Below, in pieces: positions 26,812 to 36,954 of a stretch of DNA of 64,000 nt (positions within the stretch are counted from its first letter, which is position 1; each line of letters opens with the position of its first letter). Made by a program: the position numbers and the translations under genes. The stretch lies in the IMG/VR virus record IMGVR_UViG_3300025425_001694. One strand, written 5' to 3'. The notes beneath the pieces were generated by a model, which was given only the letters and a program-made list of their open reading frames with translations, ran no database searches and was not told the DNA's origin. The stretch is from a virus.

Positions 26812-29800
26812 ATGGCATTCCCAACAAATCCAGTTAACGGCGATACATATGTTGTTGGCTCTATTGTATTTACTTATAATGCCGCTACGAATGTATGGGT
26901 TAGATCCACTAGCGCAGTATCTGCGCAAGGTACTCAAGGTACTCAAGGTTCTGGCGGTACTGACGGCGCTCAAGGATTTCAAGGTACTGATGGCCGTGGT
27001 TTTGACGGATTTCAAGGAACACAAGGAGAAACCGGCGAAGGTATCCAGGGTTTACAGGGCCGGCGAGGTATCCAAGGTATCCAAGGATTTCAAGGTGTAC
27101 AGGGCATTCAGGGAAACCAAGGAATGCAAGGAATGCAAGGCATTCAGGGACTTCAAGGAAATCAAGGTGTCCAAGGTATGCAGGGCATCCAAGGAGTACA
27201 AGGATTCCAAGGCATTCAAGGAGACCAAGGAGTACAAGGTACTGGGGGTCTAGGATCTCAAGGATTCCAAGGTACTACTGGTGAACAAGGTGTCCAAGGT
27301 AGAGCTGGATATGGTAACCAAGGACTACAAGGTATCCAAGGATATACTGGCGACCAAGGTATTCAAGGAACCCAAGGTTCTCAAGGAAACCAAGGCTTTC
27401 AAGGTATACAAGGATATCTAGGTATACAAGGCGACCAGGGCGTTCAAGGTGTACAAGGTATTGCAGTTCAAGGTACTACTGGTGCTGGGTTTCAAGGTAC
27501 TGTTGGGCAACAGGGCCTCCAAGGCGTACAAGGTATGCAAGGATTCCAAGGTATTCAAGGTACTCAAGGTGTACAAGGTCTTATGGGAGAGCAAGGCCTC
27601 CAAGGAGATCAGGGACTTCAAGGCGCGTTTGGCCCCGCTTTAAACATTATTGGTGCAGTAAGCGATGTTAACGCAAATCCGCCAAACGACCCAAATACAT
27701 TATTAAACGCAGGATTTCCGTCAGCAGGAGTTGGTGAGACTGTTATAGATGAAGCTTCAAACGATTTGTGGGCATATACTGGCGGTAGCGTTTGGATAAA
27801 TGTTGGACCAATAAGAGGCGTTCAAGGTTTTCAAGGGATACAAGGGGCGGCTATCCAAGGCATACAAGGTATGCAAGGTACACAAGCGGCGCAAGGTTCG
27901 CAAGGTGTCCAAGGAAATCTCGGAACACAAGGTACGCAGGGTACACAAGGCATCCAAGGTATGCAGGGCATGCAGGGTATGCAAGGGTTCCAAGGAATTC
28001 AAGGAGAGCAAGGTGTACAAGGTGCTATTGGTATTGGTACACAGGGTATTCAAGGTCGCCAAGGTATTCAAGGTTTTGACGGTATTCAAGGTATCCAAGG
28101 CGAGCAAGGTATTCAGGGCCTTCAAGGTGGGCAAGGTATGCAAGGCTTCCAAGGTATGCAAGGCATACAAGGAACGCAGGGTATACAAGGCGGTGGCGGC
28201 CAGCAAGGATTACAAGGAAGCCAAGGATTACAAGGCTTCCAAGGTATTCAAGGTAAAACTGGAGATCCATTTAGAATACTTGGATCTATTGAAGACGTTA
28301 ATGTTAATTTCCCAGCACGTACTCCTGAAGAAATAATAAGAGAAGCCTTTGGGCCTACGTTAGATGGTCAGCCGCCGACAGAAAGGCCAGCAATTGCTAG
28401 CCCAGATTTGTCTGACGGCATAATCGATGAAGAACTAAATGAATTTTGGCTGTGGAACGGTACTGAATGGATTAACACTGGTAATATTGTCGGGCCGCAC
28501 GGTATTCAAGGTATTCAAGGTCGCCAAGGTATTCAAGGTATTCAAGGTCGCCAAGGTATTCAAGGTGTACAAGGTATTCAAGGTGTACAAGGTATCCAGG
28601 GTCCGGTTGGACAGGGTCTTCAAGGTAGTCAGGCTTCACAAGGTATCATAGGAAATCGTGGTTTCCAAGGATTTCAAGGTATTCAAGGTCGCCAAGGTTC
28701 TCAAGGTACTCAAGGCATGCAGGGTATCCAAGGTGTACAAGGTGTACAAGGTAACACAGGTAACCCGTTTAGAATACTTGGAACTATAGCAGACGTAAAT
28801 CAGGCTCCTACATTTGACCCACAAGTAATATTGGAAACAGCCTTCCCAGATGCTGTACCAGGTGATGCGGTTATAGATGAATTGGAAAACGACCTGTGGA
28901 CGTTTACTCCTGACGATGGTGGAGAATGGATAAACGTAGGAAATATCGTTGGTCCTCAGGGTATTCAAGGTATTCAAGGTATCCAAGGCATGCAAGGTAT
29001 GCAAGGTATTCAAGGCGAACAAGGCACGCAAGGCAGCCAAGGTGTTCAAGGCTCGTACGGTCGGCAAGGTATTCAAGGTACTGGTAATGCTGGTTTCCAA
29101 GGTATTACTGGTGACCAAGGTGTACAAGGTATTCAGGGTTTACGTGGCCCTGGGCAAGGTGTGCAAGGTATTCAGGGCGAACAAGGTATTCAAGGCATAC
29201 AGGGAACGCTAGGTATTCAAGGTCGCCAAGGTATTCAAGGTCGTCAAGGATTACAAGGTATTCAGGGTCGCCAAGGTATTCAAGGTATGCAAGGCGAGCA
29301 AGGTATTCAGGGTGTGCAGGGTATGCAGGGTACTCAAGGTCGCCAGGGTATTCAGGGTCGCCAAGGTATTCAAGGTGTACAAGGTATCCAGGGTATTCAA
29401 GGACTACAGGGTATTCAGGGCATTCAGGGACTTCAAGGAAATCAAGGTGTCCAAGGTATGCAGGGCATCCAAGGAGTACAAGGATTCCAAGGCATTCAGG
29501 GTCGCCTAGGCGAGCAAGGTACTCAAGGTAAGACCGGGGCTGGTACTCAAGGTGCCCAAGGTCGCCAAGGTATACGAGGTGATACTGGCTTACAGGGTAT
29601 TTATGGAGTTCAAGGTTCTCAAGGTACTCAGGGTTCTCAAGGGAATCAGGGATTTCAGGGATTTCAAGGATTTCAAGGATTTCAAGGATTTCAGGGTTTC
29701 CAAGGATTGGTTGGCCATGGCCTTCAAGGACAGGCAGGGTCGACGCAGGGTACCCAGGGCTCTATAGGACCGGGCGGTGGGACAACATTACCGATAGGTC

Positions 29801-31686
29801 AAGAAGGTGAAGTACTCTATAATACTCAGGATGATACAAATAACGCAGCGTTTGATGATCTTGTAAATATAGAACCTATTATTGTAACGAGTGAAAGCGA
29901 AGCTGCAGCCTATTTTACCGAACCCGGCCCATCGGCACCGACGCCACAGGAGATCTTTAACAATTGGTATAGGTTTTCACACAATTCAGGAACAAATTAT
30001 CCAGCAAACGCGGCTGAAACTGCTTCGTCGCAATGGCAGTTTGATGCCGGAACACAAGAAATCGTTGGGGTAACCAACACGGGCACTGCTGTTGGCTTTG
30101 TTTCGGATCTTGAGTATTCATACTATACCTTATCATACACTTTAAGAAGTGGCCAGTACGACAACGATACGATTGGTGTTGTTCTTGCGTATATAACAGA
30201 AGGAACTTTTGGGCAGGCAGGTTATAGAGAACACACACTAACAGCATTTAGAACTGGCGGCGGTACTCAAGGAGCGCGTACATGGGGTGTTTCATATAAT
30301 ATTCTGCAAAGCGATGAGCAGATTATTGCCGACGGATCTCCTGCGGTGCCAACGACCGGTGTTTGGCATTCACTTGGATCTACGATCGTTGACGTAGATA
30401 GGCAAGGCGATATAATAACTGTAAAAACTTCTCCATTTGGTAGTGCATTATTGAGCCAAGCTTCAACTCTTACCATTGATCTAACTAGCAATCCAGTTCT
30501 CGAAAAGTTTAGAGGTCCAAAAGCTTACGGTTACATGGCTCATAGTCAAGGGGATGCGAGATTTAAAGGTGATTTTAGCGGTGTTTCATCCACAGACAAT
30601 GTTGTTTATGATGTTGTATCTGGTAAAGTTTACGGCTCACAAGTAACCCTGCCGTATTATAAAGAGTTAGTAGGAGCTGCGTCGTTTAATGACATTACAG
30701 AACCAGGCCGTTTCTATAACAACCCAGATAACAAGATTACTACCTGGAGATCTTCCTTTGATGAGAATAATTATCTAATAGGGGGCAGTGGAAGTGGAGG
30801 TACACAGGGTACACAAGGAACTACCGGGGCAGGCAGCATTGATTGTGTAGATTGCTACTATGATGAACCAACAGATACAACTAATAGTGTGGCGTTTCAC
30901 TCAAAACAATCCATGTATTTGTTTATTGATGATAACAATAATGTGGGTGAAGATTCGAATTACTTTGGCTTCTATAATGACTTAGATCCTTATACTGACA
31001 CGGTGAATAGGGATAATACAATCTTTAGGATAGATCAAGACGGGTCTGTTAGAACAACGAATGCGATATACGCAACAACGAGCGGTATTAAGTTTCCTGT
31101 TGATGCGTATGGGGGGTCGGGTGATACCGCAATGATTGATTTAAGAACAGGTGGCGGAGAAGCTACTCAACTTACTCTTCAAGTGACAAACGACGCGGAT
31201 GACGAAATACATTTTAGAGCTCCAACGGATAATGGTGTAAAAGTTAATGGATACACTGTATGGCACGAGGGAAATCATGACTGTAGTGGCGGCGGCGGCA
31301 CTGGCCTTGCTTCAAGAGCCAATTTAACAACAACGACATCTTCATTAGCAAATGATGTAAGTGAAAACGTTGACTTAACTGGCTATAAAGGATATGTGGT
31401 CTACACAATCACAACTGACCGGGCAGCTTGGGTTAGATTATATATCAATGCGGCGAGCAGAACGGCCGATGCAAGTAGAAACGAGCTTACAGACCCAGAT
31501 CCAGATGCAGGCGTAATCCTAGAAGTTATAACAAATGGCGCTGAAACCGTTGTCATTTCACCGGGTGTATTTGGATATAATGGAGAAGCTCCAGCAACAA
31601 CAACTATACCAATGAGAGTAACAAATAAATCAGGATCAACTAGCACAGTGCAGGTAGCAGTTACTGCGCTTCAATTAGAGGCATAA
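26812..31686 (+). CDS. Large collagen-like (Gly-X-Gln) fibre protein with repeated knob domains and globular C-terminal domains
   Basis: [11 protein letters not shown] start; long GxQ triplet runs broken by three homologous inserts; C-terminal AAWVRLY...[12 protein letters not shown] domain. Confidence 0.85.
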   Translation: MAFPTNPVNGDTYVVGSIVFTYNAATNVWVRSTSAVSAQGTQGTQGSGGTDGAQGFQGTDGRGFDGFQGTQGETGEGIQGLQGRRGIQGIQGFQGVQGIQGNQGMQGMQGIQGLQGNQGVQGMQGIQGVQGFQGIQGDQGVQGTGGLGSQGFQGTTGEQGVQGRAGYGNQGLQGIQGYTGDQGIQGTQGSQGNQGFQGIQGYLGIQGDQGVQGVQGIAVQGTTGAGFQGTVGQQGLQGVQGMQGFQGIQGTQGVQGLMGEQGLQGDQGLQGAFGPALNIIGAVSDVNANPPNDPNTLLNAGFPSAGVGETVIDEASNDLWAYTGGSVWINVGPIRGVQGFQGIQGAAIQGIQGMQGTQAAQGSQGVQGNLGTQGTQGTQGIQGMQGMQGMQGFQGIQGEQGVQGAIGIGTQGIQGRQGIQGFDGIQGIQGEQGIQGLQGGQGMQGFQGMQGIQGTQGIQGGGGQQGLQGSQGLQGFQGIQGKTGDPFRILGSIEDVNVNFPARTPEEIIREAFGPTLDGQPPTERPAIASPDLSDGIIDEELNEFWLWNGTEWINTGNIVGPHGIQGIQGRQGIQGIQGRQGIQGVQGIQGVQGIQGPVGQGLQGSQASQGIIGNRGFQGFQGIQGRQGSQGTQGMQGIQGVQGVQGNTGNPFRILGTIADVNQAPTFDPQVILETAFPDAVPGDAVIDELENDLWTFTPDDGGEWINVGNIVGPQGIQGIQGIQGMQGMQGIQGEQGTQGSQGVQGSYGRQGIQGTGNAGFQGITGDQGVQGIQGLRGPGQGVQGIQGEQGIQGIQGTLGIQGRQGIQGRQGLQGIQGRQGIQGMQGEQGIQGVQGMQGTQGRQGIQGRQGIQGVQGIQGIQGLQGIQGIQGLQGNQGVQGMQGIQGVQGFQGIQGRLGEQGTQGKTGAGTQGAQGRQGIRGDTGLQGIYGVQGSQGTQGSQGNQGFQGFQGFQGFQGFQGFQGLVGHGLQGQAGSTQGTQGSIGPGGGTTLPIGQEGEVLYNTQDDTNNAAFDDLVNIEPIIVTSESEAAAYFTEPGPSAPTPQEIFNNWYRFSHNSGTNYPANAAETASSQWQFDAGTQEIVGVTNTGTAVGFVSDLEYSYYTLSYTLRSGQYDNDTIGVVLAYITEGTFGQAGYREHTLTAFRTGGGTQGARTWGVSYNILQSDEQIIADGSPAVPTTGVWHSLGSTIVDVDRQGDIITVKTSPFGSALLSQASTLTIDLTSNPVLEKFRGPKAYGYMAHSQGDARFKGDFSGVSSTDNVVYDVVSGKVYGSQVTLPYYKELVGAASFNDITEPGRFYNNPDNKITTWRSSFDENNYLIGGSGSGGTQGTQGTTGAGSIDCVDCYYDEPTDTTNSVAFHSKQSMYLFIDDNNNVGEDSNYFGFYNDLDPYTDTVNRDNTIFRIDQDGSVRTTNAIYATTSGIKFPVDAYGGSGDTAMIDLRTGGGEATQLTLQVTNDADDEIHFRAPTDNGVKVNGYTVWHEGNHDCSGGGGTGLASRANLTTTTSSLANDVSENVDLTGYKGYVVYTITTDRAAWVRLYINAASRTADASRNELTDPDPDAGVILEVITNGAETVVISPGVFGYNGEAPATTTIPMRVTNKSGSTSTVQVAVTALQLEA
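27139..29498 (+). repeat. Identical 80-bp segments 2280 bp apart within the collagen gene
   Basis: 27139-27218 equals 29419-29498. Confidence 0.9.
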
Positions 31687-31689
31687 CAA

Positions 31690-33402
31690 ATGTTAAGAGA
31701 ATGGATCGTTACTCTTTATAATCGTGAAGATCTGGACGATTTTTACGAAGATATGCAAACGCCAGGTGGAAATTTATATATTCCAGACAGAGCTGTTGAT
31801 GTTGCCAAGCAAAGACCTATAAGCAGAAATACTCACTACATGTTAACTGACGAAGAAGCAGAAACGATACGCCAAGACGAAAGAGTTTGGGGAGTTGAAC
31901 TCCTTGAGCTTTTAGAACTATCAACTCGGCCGGCTGGATATAAAATTGAAAATGGTTTGTTTGCTAAAGATTGGGGTGCAGGTGGGCCACCATACACTTC
32001 TGATACTGATATAAACTGGGGATTTTTAAGACAAACCGAATCTTCAAACAGATCTAACTGGGGAGATAACGGTACGTCAGTAATAACAGATGATGTAACA
32101 ATAACCGCGTCTGGGAGGAATGTTGATGTAGTTATTTTTGATGGGCACATAGATCCAAATCACCCAGAATTTGCTGCCAACTCAGATGGCTCTGGCGGAT
32201 CGAGAATTAATCAATATAACTGGTTTCAAAATAACATAGGATTTGGAACTGGCACATACACTTATACACCGTATGTTGATTCTAGTAACGCTGGAAGAAC
32301 TAGCGATAATGATCATGGTGTTCACGTGGGCGGAACCGTAGCGGGGAATACTCAAGGTTGGGCTCGAGACGCCAATATATACAATATAAGTATATATGGA
32401 ACAAATCCAAGTTTTGGTACTCTTGGTCTAGACTCTTCAACTTATTGGGATTACGTAAGAGCTTGGCATAATAATAAACCAATTAATCCAGTGACTGGAA
32501 GGAAAAATCCTACTGTTACAAATCATAGTTACGGGTCAGCAATTACATACAATACCGGTTCTTTTGGGGCGGTGACTTCAGCAACTTTTCGTGGTGTAAC
32601 GTACTCACCAGGAAGAGCACTAACCGTCGCAGAGCTGCAAGCGCGAGGTTTCTTTACAAATGACACTTCACCCGGACCGATCCCATATTATTCTACATCA
32701 AGAACTTCAGATTTCGAAGATGCAATAAACGATGGCATAATTACGATGTCGGCCGCTGGCAATGAATCATGGAAAATAGTTAATTCATCAGACCAAGATT
32801 ATAATAATTCGTTTCTTGCAGCATTTAACGGAAGTACTTTTTCATGGTGGTTACATCGTGGAAACGGTGGCGGTGCTGGCATCGCTCTTAATATAACTGT
32901 TGGCGCCGTTGGAATTAATAAAGAAGATTATAAAGGTAATTTTAGTAATTGTGGTAGCCAAGTAGATATATTTGCCGCAGGTACTGCAATACAGAGTTCC
33001 CTTCATACCGCTTCCGGTACTGCCGGATCATCTGTCTATGACGCAAGAAACAATGCTTACTACCTTGGAAAGTACCAAGGAACTAGTATGGCTACTCCTC
33101 AAGTGTGTGGCATGCTTGCATGCCTTGCTGAGCATTGGCCCAATATGACTCAGACAGAATCAATTCAGTGGCTCGTAGATTTTTGTAACGAAAATCAAAT
33201 GGGTGATACAGGCGAAGACGATCCCATGGAAGTTTTAAGTCTTCAAGGGGCGCCAAACAAGTTTGCTAGATGGGCAAATCAAAGACCGATAAATGGGGGA
33301 ACGTTTCCAACAAGAAACTTTAGGCCGCGAACGGTTGATGGAGATCCTGTTTATTATGGAAGAAGAGTTTATCCGCGACCAAGGATACGACGAAGAGGTT
33401 AA
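31690..33402 (+). CDS. Subtilisin-like S8 serine peptidase
   Basis: Triad VDVVIFDG / HGVHVGGTVAG / GTSMATP, oxyanion AAGNE. Confidence 0.92.
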   Translation: MLREWIVTLYNREDLDDFYEDMQTPGGNLYIPDRAVDVAKQRPISRNTHYMLTDEEAETIRQDERVWGVELLELLELSTRPAGYKIENGLFAKDWGAGGPPYTSDTDINWGFLRQTESSNRSNWGDNGTSVITDDVTITASGRNVDVVIFDGHIDPNHPEFAANSDGSGGSRINQYNWFQNNIGFGTGTYTYTPYVDSSNAGRTSDNDHGVHVGGTVAGNTQGWARDANIYNISIYGTNPSFGTLGLDSSTYWDYVRAWHNNKPINPVTGRKNPTVTNHSYGSAITYNTGSFGAVTSATFRGVTYSPGRALTVAELQARGFFTNDTSPGPIPYYSTSRTSDFEDAINDGIITMSAAGNESWKIVNSSDQDYNNSFLAAFNGSTFSWWLHRGNGGGAGIALNITVGAVGINKEDYKGNFSNCGSQVDIFAAGTAIQSSLHTASGTAGSSVYDARNNAYYLGKYQGTSMATPQVCGMLACLAEHWPNMTQTESIQWLVDFCNENQMGDTGEDDPMEVLSLQGAPNKFARWANQRPINGGTFPTRNFRPRTVDGDPVYYGRRVYPRPRIRRRG

Positions 33403-33408
33403 AAACTA

Positions 33409-33437
33409 TTGACATTTTTTTAATATTAGTATATATT
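33409..33437 (+). promoter_or_regulatory. Sigma70-type promoter
   Basis: TTGACA-N17-TATATT. Confidence 0.7.
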
Positions 33438-33462
33438 GGAACTAGTATTAAAGGAATCAAAA

Positions 33463-34131
33463 ATGTTTAATCATGTAGAGCACGGATTAGTGCTCCCAAA
33501 ACTCACTCGCAAAACTAGTGAAACAGGCCGTAAGTATTTTACACCTGACGGTAATGCATATCCATCTATCACAACGGTATTAGGTATATTAAGCAAAGAA
33601 GGAATTCTAGCTTGGCGGGCCCGCGTTGGCGAAGAAGAAGCAAACAAAATTTCTCGTCAGGCCGCTGGGCGAGGAACAGCTGTTCACACACTAGCAGAAG
33701 ATTACCTAAACAATAAAGAAGATTGGAAAGGCAAACACATGCCTGCCAACTTAAATACGTTTAATGACTTACGAAAAATAATGGATGGACGTATAGATAA
33801 CGTATGGATGCAAGAAGAATTCCTTTATAGTGATAAACTAAAATGTGCAGGACAGGTAGATTGTATTGCAGAATATGACAATGAATTATCAATTATAGAT
33901 TTTAAGACATCTCGAAAACCAAAGAAAGAAGAATGGATTCAGTCATACTTCATTCAAGCCTCGTTTTACGCGGCGGCTTTTCTCGAGCGCACCGGAATTC
34001 CAATCAAACAGGCCGCGATCCTAATCGCGGTTGACGGATCAGAATCGCAAGTATTCAAAATTAATACGTTTGACTATCTTAAGCACTTTCTTGCGGTCCG
34101 TAAAAAATACAAAGAAATAAAAGGAGTTTGA
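33463..34131 (+). CDS. PD-(D/E)XK exonuclease
   Basis: YPSITTVL, RGTAVH, AGQVD, IIDFKTS, Q...Y. Confidence 0.88.
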   Translation: MFNHVEHGLVLPKLTRKTSETGRKYFTPDGNAYPSITTVLGILSKEGILAWRARVGEEEANKISRQAAGRGTAVHTLAEDYLNNKEDWKGKHMPANLNTFNDLRKIMDGRIDNVWMQEEFLYSDKLKCAGQVDCIAEYDNELSIIDFKTSRKPKKEEWIQSYFIQASFYAAAFLERTGIPIKQAAILIAVDGSESQVFKINTFDYLKHFLAVRKKYKEIKGV

Positions 34132-34143
34132 GGTAATTAACTA

Positions 34144-34172
34144 TTGACATTTTGTTTAGAATCAGTTATATT
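34144..34172 (+). promoter_or_regulatory. Early promoter cassette with GANTC in spacer
   Basis: TTGACAttttgtttaGAATCagtTATATT. Confidence 0.85.
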
Positions 34173-34200
34173 GATATTAACAAATGAAAAGGAATAGATT

Positions 34201-34539
34201 ATGACAAAGTTCAACAAAGCAGACTTCAACTTCCACGGTGGATACCTTACATACACAGGAGAGTACTATGGTCGTCCAGTATATGAAGATGGTCCTAATG
34301 TTCACCCAACTCGTGTAGGAAAAGGTAAAGATCTTTTCATCGCTCGCTTCAAGCACAAGGGTCCGATCACTAAAGCAAAATTTCTTAAAGAACTTATTAA
34401 GAACCATGCTGTTGAGGATTATGCAAATGCTTCCTTGTTTGGCATGGCTCCGGTAGCTATCCTTAAAGATAAGAACCCAGATTGGTATGAAAATATCATG
34501 ACCAATTTTAGAACTCTTAGCCGCGTTGGATTAATGTAA
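34201..34539 (+). CDS. Early hypothetical protein
   Basis: FNFHGGYLTY, FIARFK; own promoter and RBS. Confidence 0.75.
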   Translation: MTKFNKADFNFHGGYLTYTGEYYGRPVYEDGPNVHPTRVGKGKDLFIARFKHKGPITKAKFLKELIKNHAVEDYANASLFGMAPVAILKDKNPDWYENIMTNFRTLSRVGLM

Positions 34540-34752
34540 ATGAAATATTTTAAATCTAAATATATTGGTACAGAAAACCACCTGTTTAATGGATTTTCAT
34601 GGCCATACCGCAACTGCGAGGTTACAATGAGTCAAAAAGGATTTTCATGTACTTGCATGAAGAGAATGATATATAAATGCAATCATATCAAATCAGTAGA
34701 ATTAGGAATTTTAGGAGTAGGACAGACACACTATGAACTTATTCATTCTTGA
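34540..34752 (+). CDS. SWIM-type Zn-finger small protein
   Basis: FSCTC...CNHI. Confidence 0.6.
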   Translation: MKYFKSKYIGTENHLFNGFSWPYRNCEVTMSQKGFSCTCMKRMIYKCNHIKSVELGILGVGQTHYELIHS

Positions 34753-35290
34753 TAAATCCCCAATTAAATCTGCACAATTGCAATGTGATAAGCATATTCT
34801 AAAAATGATTGTTGAATCTGCGCAGATGCTTTCTACGACCCACAGGATGCTAGACGGGGAGCTAGAACGTCGTCCATCAAAATCGGGTAGGACTATAGTT
34901 AAGTATTGGAAGCTTCCTGATAGGCGCGAAAACTTCTTCTACAAGGCTGTTCATATGTACCATCCGTGTACTGTATGGACTGCTGAATCTAATAATAACT
35001 ATAACTGGCATTGGGTGCATTTTTCTGCACTTTGTGATGAATATAAATATCGTTATGGAAAGATACATGCAACCGATAAATTACTTCGTGAAGAATTACG
35101 TTCCTTACCTAAGAACATACCGATTGGTTATTTAACATCACAGCCGTTGGCTATGAAGGCGTATCCTGAATGTATGGATCCAAATAATATAGTAGAATCA
35201 TATAGAAAGTTTTATCAAACAAAACAGCATCGTTTTAAAATGGTTTGGACTAAAAGAGAAATACCAGAATGGTTTGAGTTTGCTGCTTAG
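34733..35290 (+). CDS. Pyrimidine-dimer glycosylase/DenV-related family protein
   Basis: MNLFILD...CDKHILKMIVESAQML, HPCTVW, EYKYRYGKIH. Confidence 0.75.
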   Translation: MNLFILDKSPIKSAQLQCDKHILKMIVESAQMLSTTHRMLDGELERRPSKSGRTIVKYWKLPDRRENFFYKAVHMYHPCTVWTAESNNNYNWHWVHFSALCDEYKYRYGKIHATDKLLREELRSLPKNIPIGYLTSQPLAMKAYPECMDPNNIVESYRKFYQTKQHRFKMVWTKREIPEWFEFAA

Positions 35291-35311
35291 TATTATAGTA
35301 GGAGAAGATAA

Positions 35312-35617
35312 ATTTTAATACGATATATAGTAGCTGAAGAGGAACTTGGCGTTTTTCTAGGTGCTTTTAAAAACCAAGGTGTTTTTGCAAAAACAGATAT
35401 ATTCGGTATATCAAAAGCTTTTAGCTTTAATTCTAAAGAAGATGCTAAAGAATTCATAAGTGATTACGCTGGTGATAATAACGGCAGTTGGTCAGTTATT
35501 GGAATAAAAACCAACAACAAATACGTTGATGTTATTGATCTTATAAAAAACGGTCATTCAAAATATACTCATGGAATGATAGATTCCATGCACATGTATT
35601 CTACAGAGCTACACTAA
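35312..35617 (+). CDS. 101-aa open frame with no ATG/GTG/TTG at its 5' end (ATT or ATA start?)
   Basis: ILIRYIVAEEELGVFLG...STELH; AGGAG 7 nt before ATT; fills the intergenic gap. Confidence 0.55.
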   Translation: MLIRYIVAEEELGVFLGAFKNQGVFAKTDIFGISKAFSFNSKEDAKEFISDYAGDNNGSWSVIGIKTNNKYVDVIDLIKNGHSKYTHGMIDSMHMYSTELH

Positions 35618-35644
35618 TTTTTATATTTAATTTCATTTTATCTA

Positions 35645-35673
35645 TTGACATTTCGTTTAGAATCAGTTATATT
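35645..35673 (+). promoter_or_regulatory. Early promoter cassette with GANTC in spacer
   Basis: TTGACAtttcgtttaGAATCagtTATATT; near-identical to the 34144 copy through the RBS. Confidence 0.85.
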
Positions 35674-35700
35674 GATATTAACAGATGAAAAGGAATACAC

Positions 35701-35880
35701 ATGCAATCTTATACTATAAAAGCATACGTTTGGAAGAATGGAGCTGAAGAACTGGTTGAATGGGCGTCTGGATTTGGACACCGTCAAGCGGATCAATATT
35801 TTAAAGCTCTTCGTGCTACCAAAGATTTTGCTAAAATTGAAATGACTATGATAGATAAAAATGAAATTAAATCAAATTAA
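35701..35880 (+). CDS. Small early protein (59 aa, not in ORF track)
   Basis: RBS AAGGA; MQSYTIKAYVWKNGAEELVEW... Confidence 0.7.
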   Translation: MQSYTIKAYVWKNGAEELVEWASGFGHRQADQYFKALRATKDFAKIEMTMIDKNEIKSN

Positions 35881-35912
35881 CTATTGACATTTCGTTTAGA
35901 ATCGGTTATATT
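35862..35912 (+). promoter_or_regulatory. Early promoter cassette with GANTC in spacer
   Basis: tgaaattaaatcaaattaacta-TTGACAtttcgtttaGAATCggtTATATT. Confidence 0.85.
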
Positions 35913-35947
35913 AATTATATCAAAACAAACAAACTAGGAATTATATT

Positions 35948-36901
35948 ATGTCACATGAATTAGAAATGGTTAACGGCGAAGCACAAATGGCTTACCGCTC
36001 TTCTCAAGGTAAGCCTTGGCACGGTCTTGGTACACCAGTATCAGACGATATGTCTCCACAACAAATGATGCAAGCTGCTGGTTTAGATTGGGGTGTTGAA
36101 AAAGTTGACACGTTTATTCGTTATAACGGTGATAACGTTGCAACAGGCCAACAAGCATTGGTACGTGATACTGATGGGAAAATCTTAACACAAGTTGGCC
36201 AAGGCTGGAATCCTGTTCAAAACGCTGCGGCGTTTGAGTTCTTTAATGATTTTGTTTCCGCCGGCGACATGCAAATGGATACAGCTGGTTCTCTAAAGGA
36301 TGGCCGTTTGGTTTGGGCTTTAGCTGATGTAAAAGATGGCTTTTCGTTGTTTAACGGTGACGAAGTAAAAGGCTACTTGCTATTTTCCAACCCTCACATT
36401 TACGGAAAATCTATTGATATTAAGTTTGTAATGGAACGTGTTGTTTGCAATAACACTTTGTCTGTTGCACTGAACGAGGCAGGTCAACCATCTGTCCGTG
36501 TCAATCATCGCTCAGTATTTAATCCTGATAGCGTCAAGGAAATTCTTGGCTTGGGTCACAATAAGGTCGAAAAGTTTAAAGAAGCTGCGGAATTCCTTGG
36601 CTCAAAACGTTACACCGACGATCAGCTTACTCAGTTCTTTGGAGTTGTTTTTGGCAAATCAACAAAAGAAAAAGAAACACTTGCTCGTAATGCTAAAGAA
36701 GCAATGGAAATCGTTGAAAACCAGCCAGGCGATCATTTTGTACCAGGTACTTGGTGGAATGCGTATAACGCGGTTACTTACATGACAGACCACAAGCTAG
36801 GTCGTTCAGCAGATACACGAATGGCTTCTGCATGGTTTGGAGGTAACGCTAAGCGTAAGGTTGATGCGTTGGATTTGGCACTGTCTATGGCAGATGCATA
36901 A
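35948..36901 (+). CDS. DUF932/DUF945 family phage-plasmid protein
   Basis: PWHGLG, AGLDW, TAGSL.DG, RVVCNNTL, GTWWNAYNAVT. Confidence 0.88.
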   Translation: MSHELEMVNGEAQMAYRSSQGKPWHGLGTPVSDDMSPQQMMQAAGLDWGVEKVDTFIRYNGDNVATGQQALVRDTDGKILTQVGQGWNPVQNAAAFEFFNDFVSAGDMQMDTAGSLKDGRLVWALADVKDGFSLFNGDEVKGYLLFSNPHIYGKSIDIKFVMERVVCNNTLSVALNEAGQPSVRVNHRSVFNPDSVKEILGLGHNKVEKFKEAAEFLGSKRYTDDQLTQFFGVVFGKSTKEKETLARNAKEAMEIVENQPGDHFVPGTWWNAYNAVTYMTDHKLGRSADTRMASAWFGGNAKRKVDALDLALSMADA

Positions 36902-36926
36902 ATTAAATTCTAAAAAAATGGTTTTT

Positions 36927-36954
36927 CATGGAGTAGCCTCAAAGCTACTCCATG
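36927..36954. terminator. Perfect 11-bp stem-loop, probable terminator
   Basis: catggagtagc-ctcaaa-gctactccatg. Confidence 0.55.

Noticed and set aside
26849-29767. Many alternative-frame ORFs (VFKV/TLNTL repeats), also at 61629-62694
   Set aside because: Shadow frames of GxQ codon repeats with no independent initiation signals
33463-34131. Cas4 / CRISPR adaptation gene
   Set aside because: Lacks the four-Cys Fe-S ligand pattern and no array nearby; ordinary phage PD-(D/E)XK exonuclease
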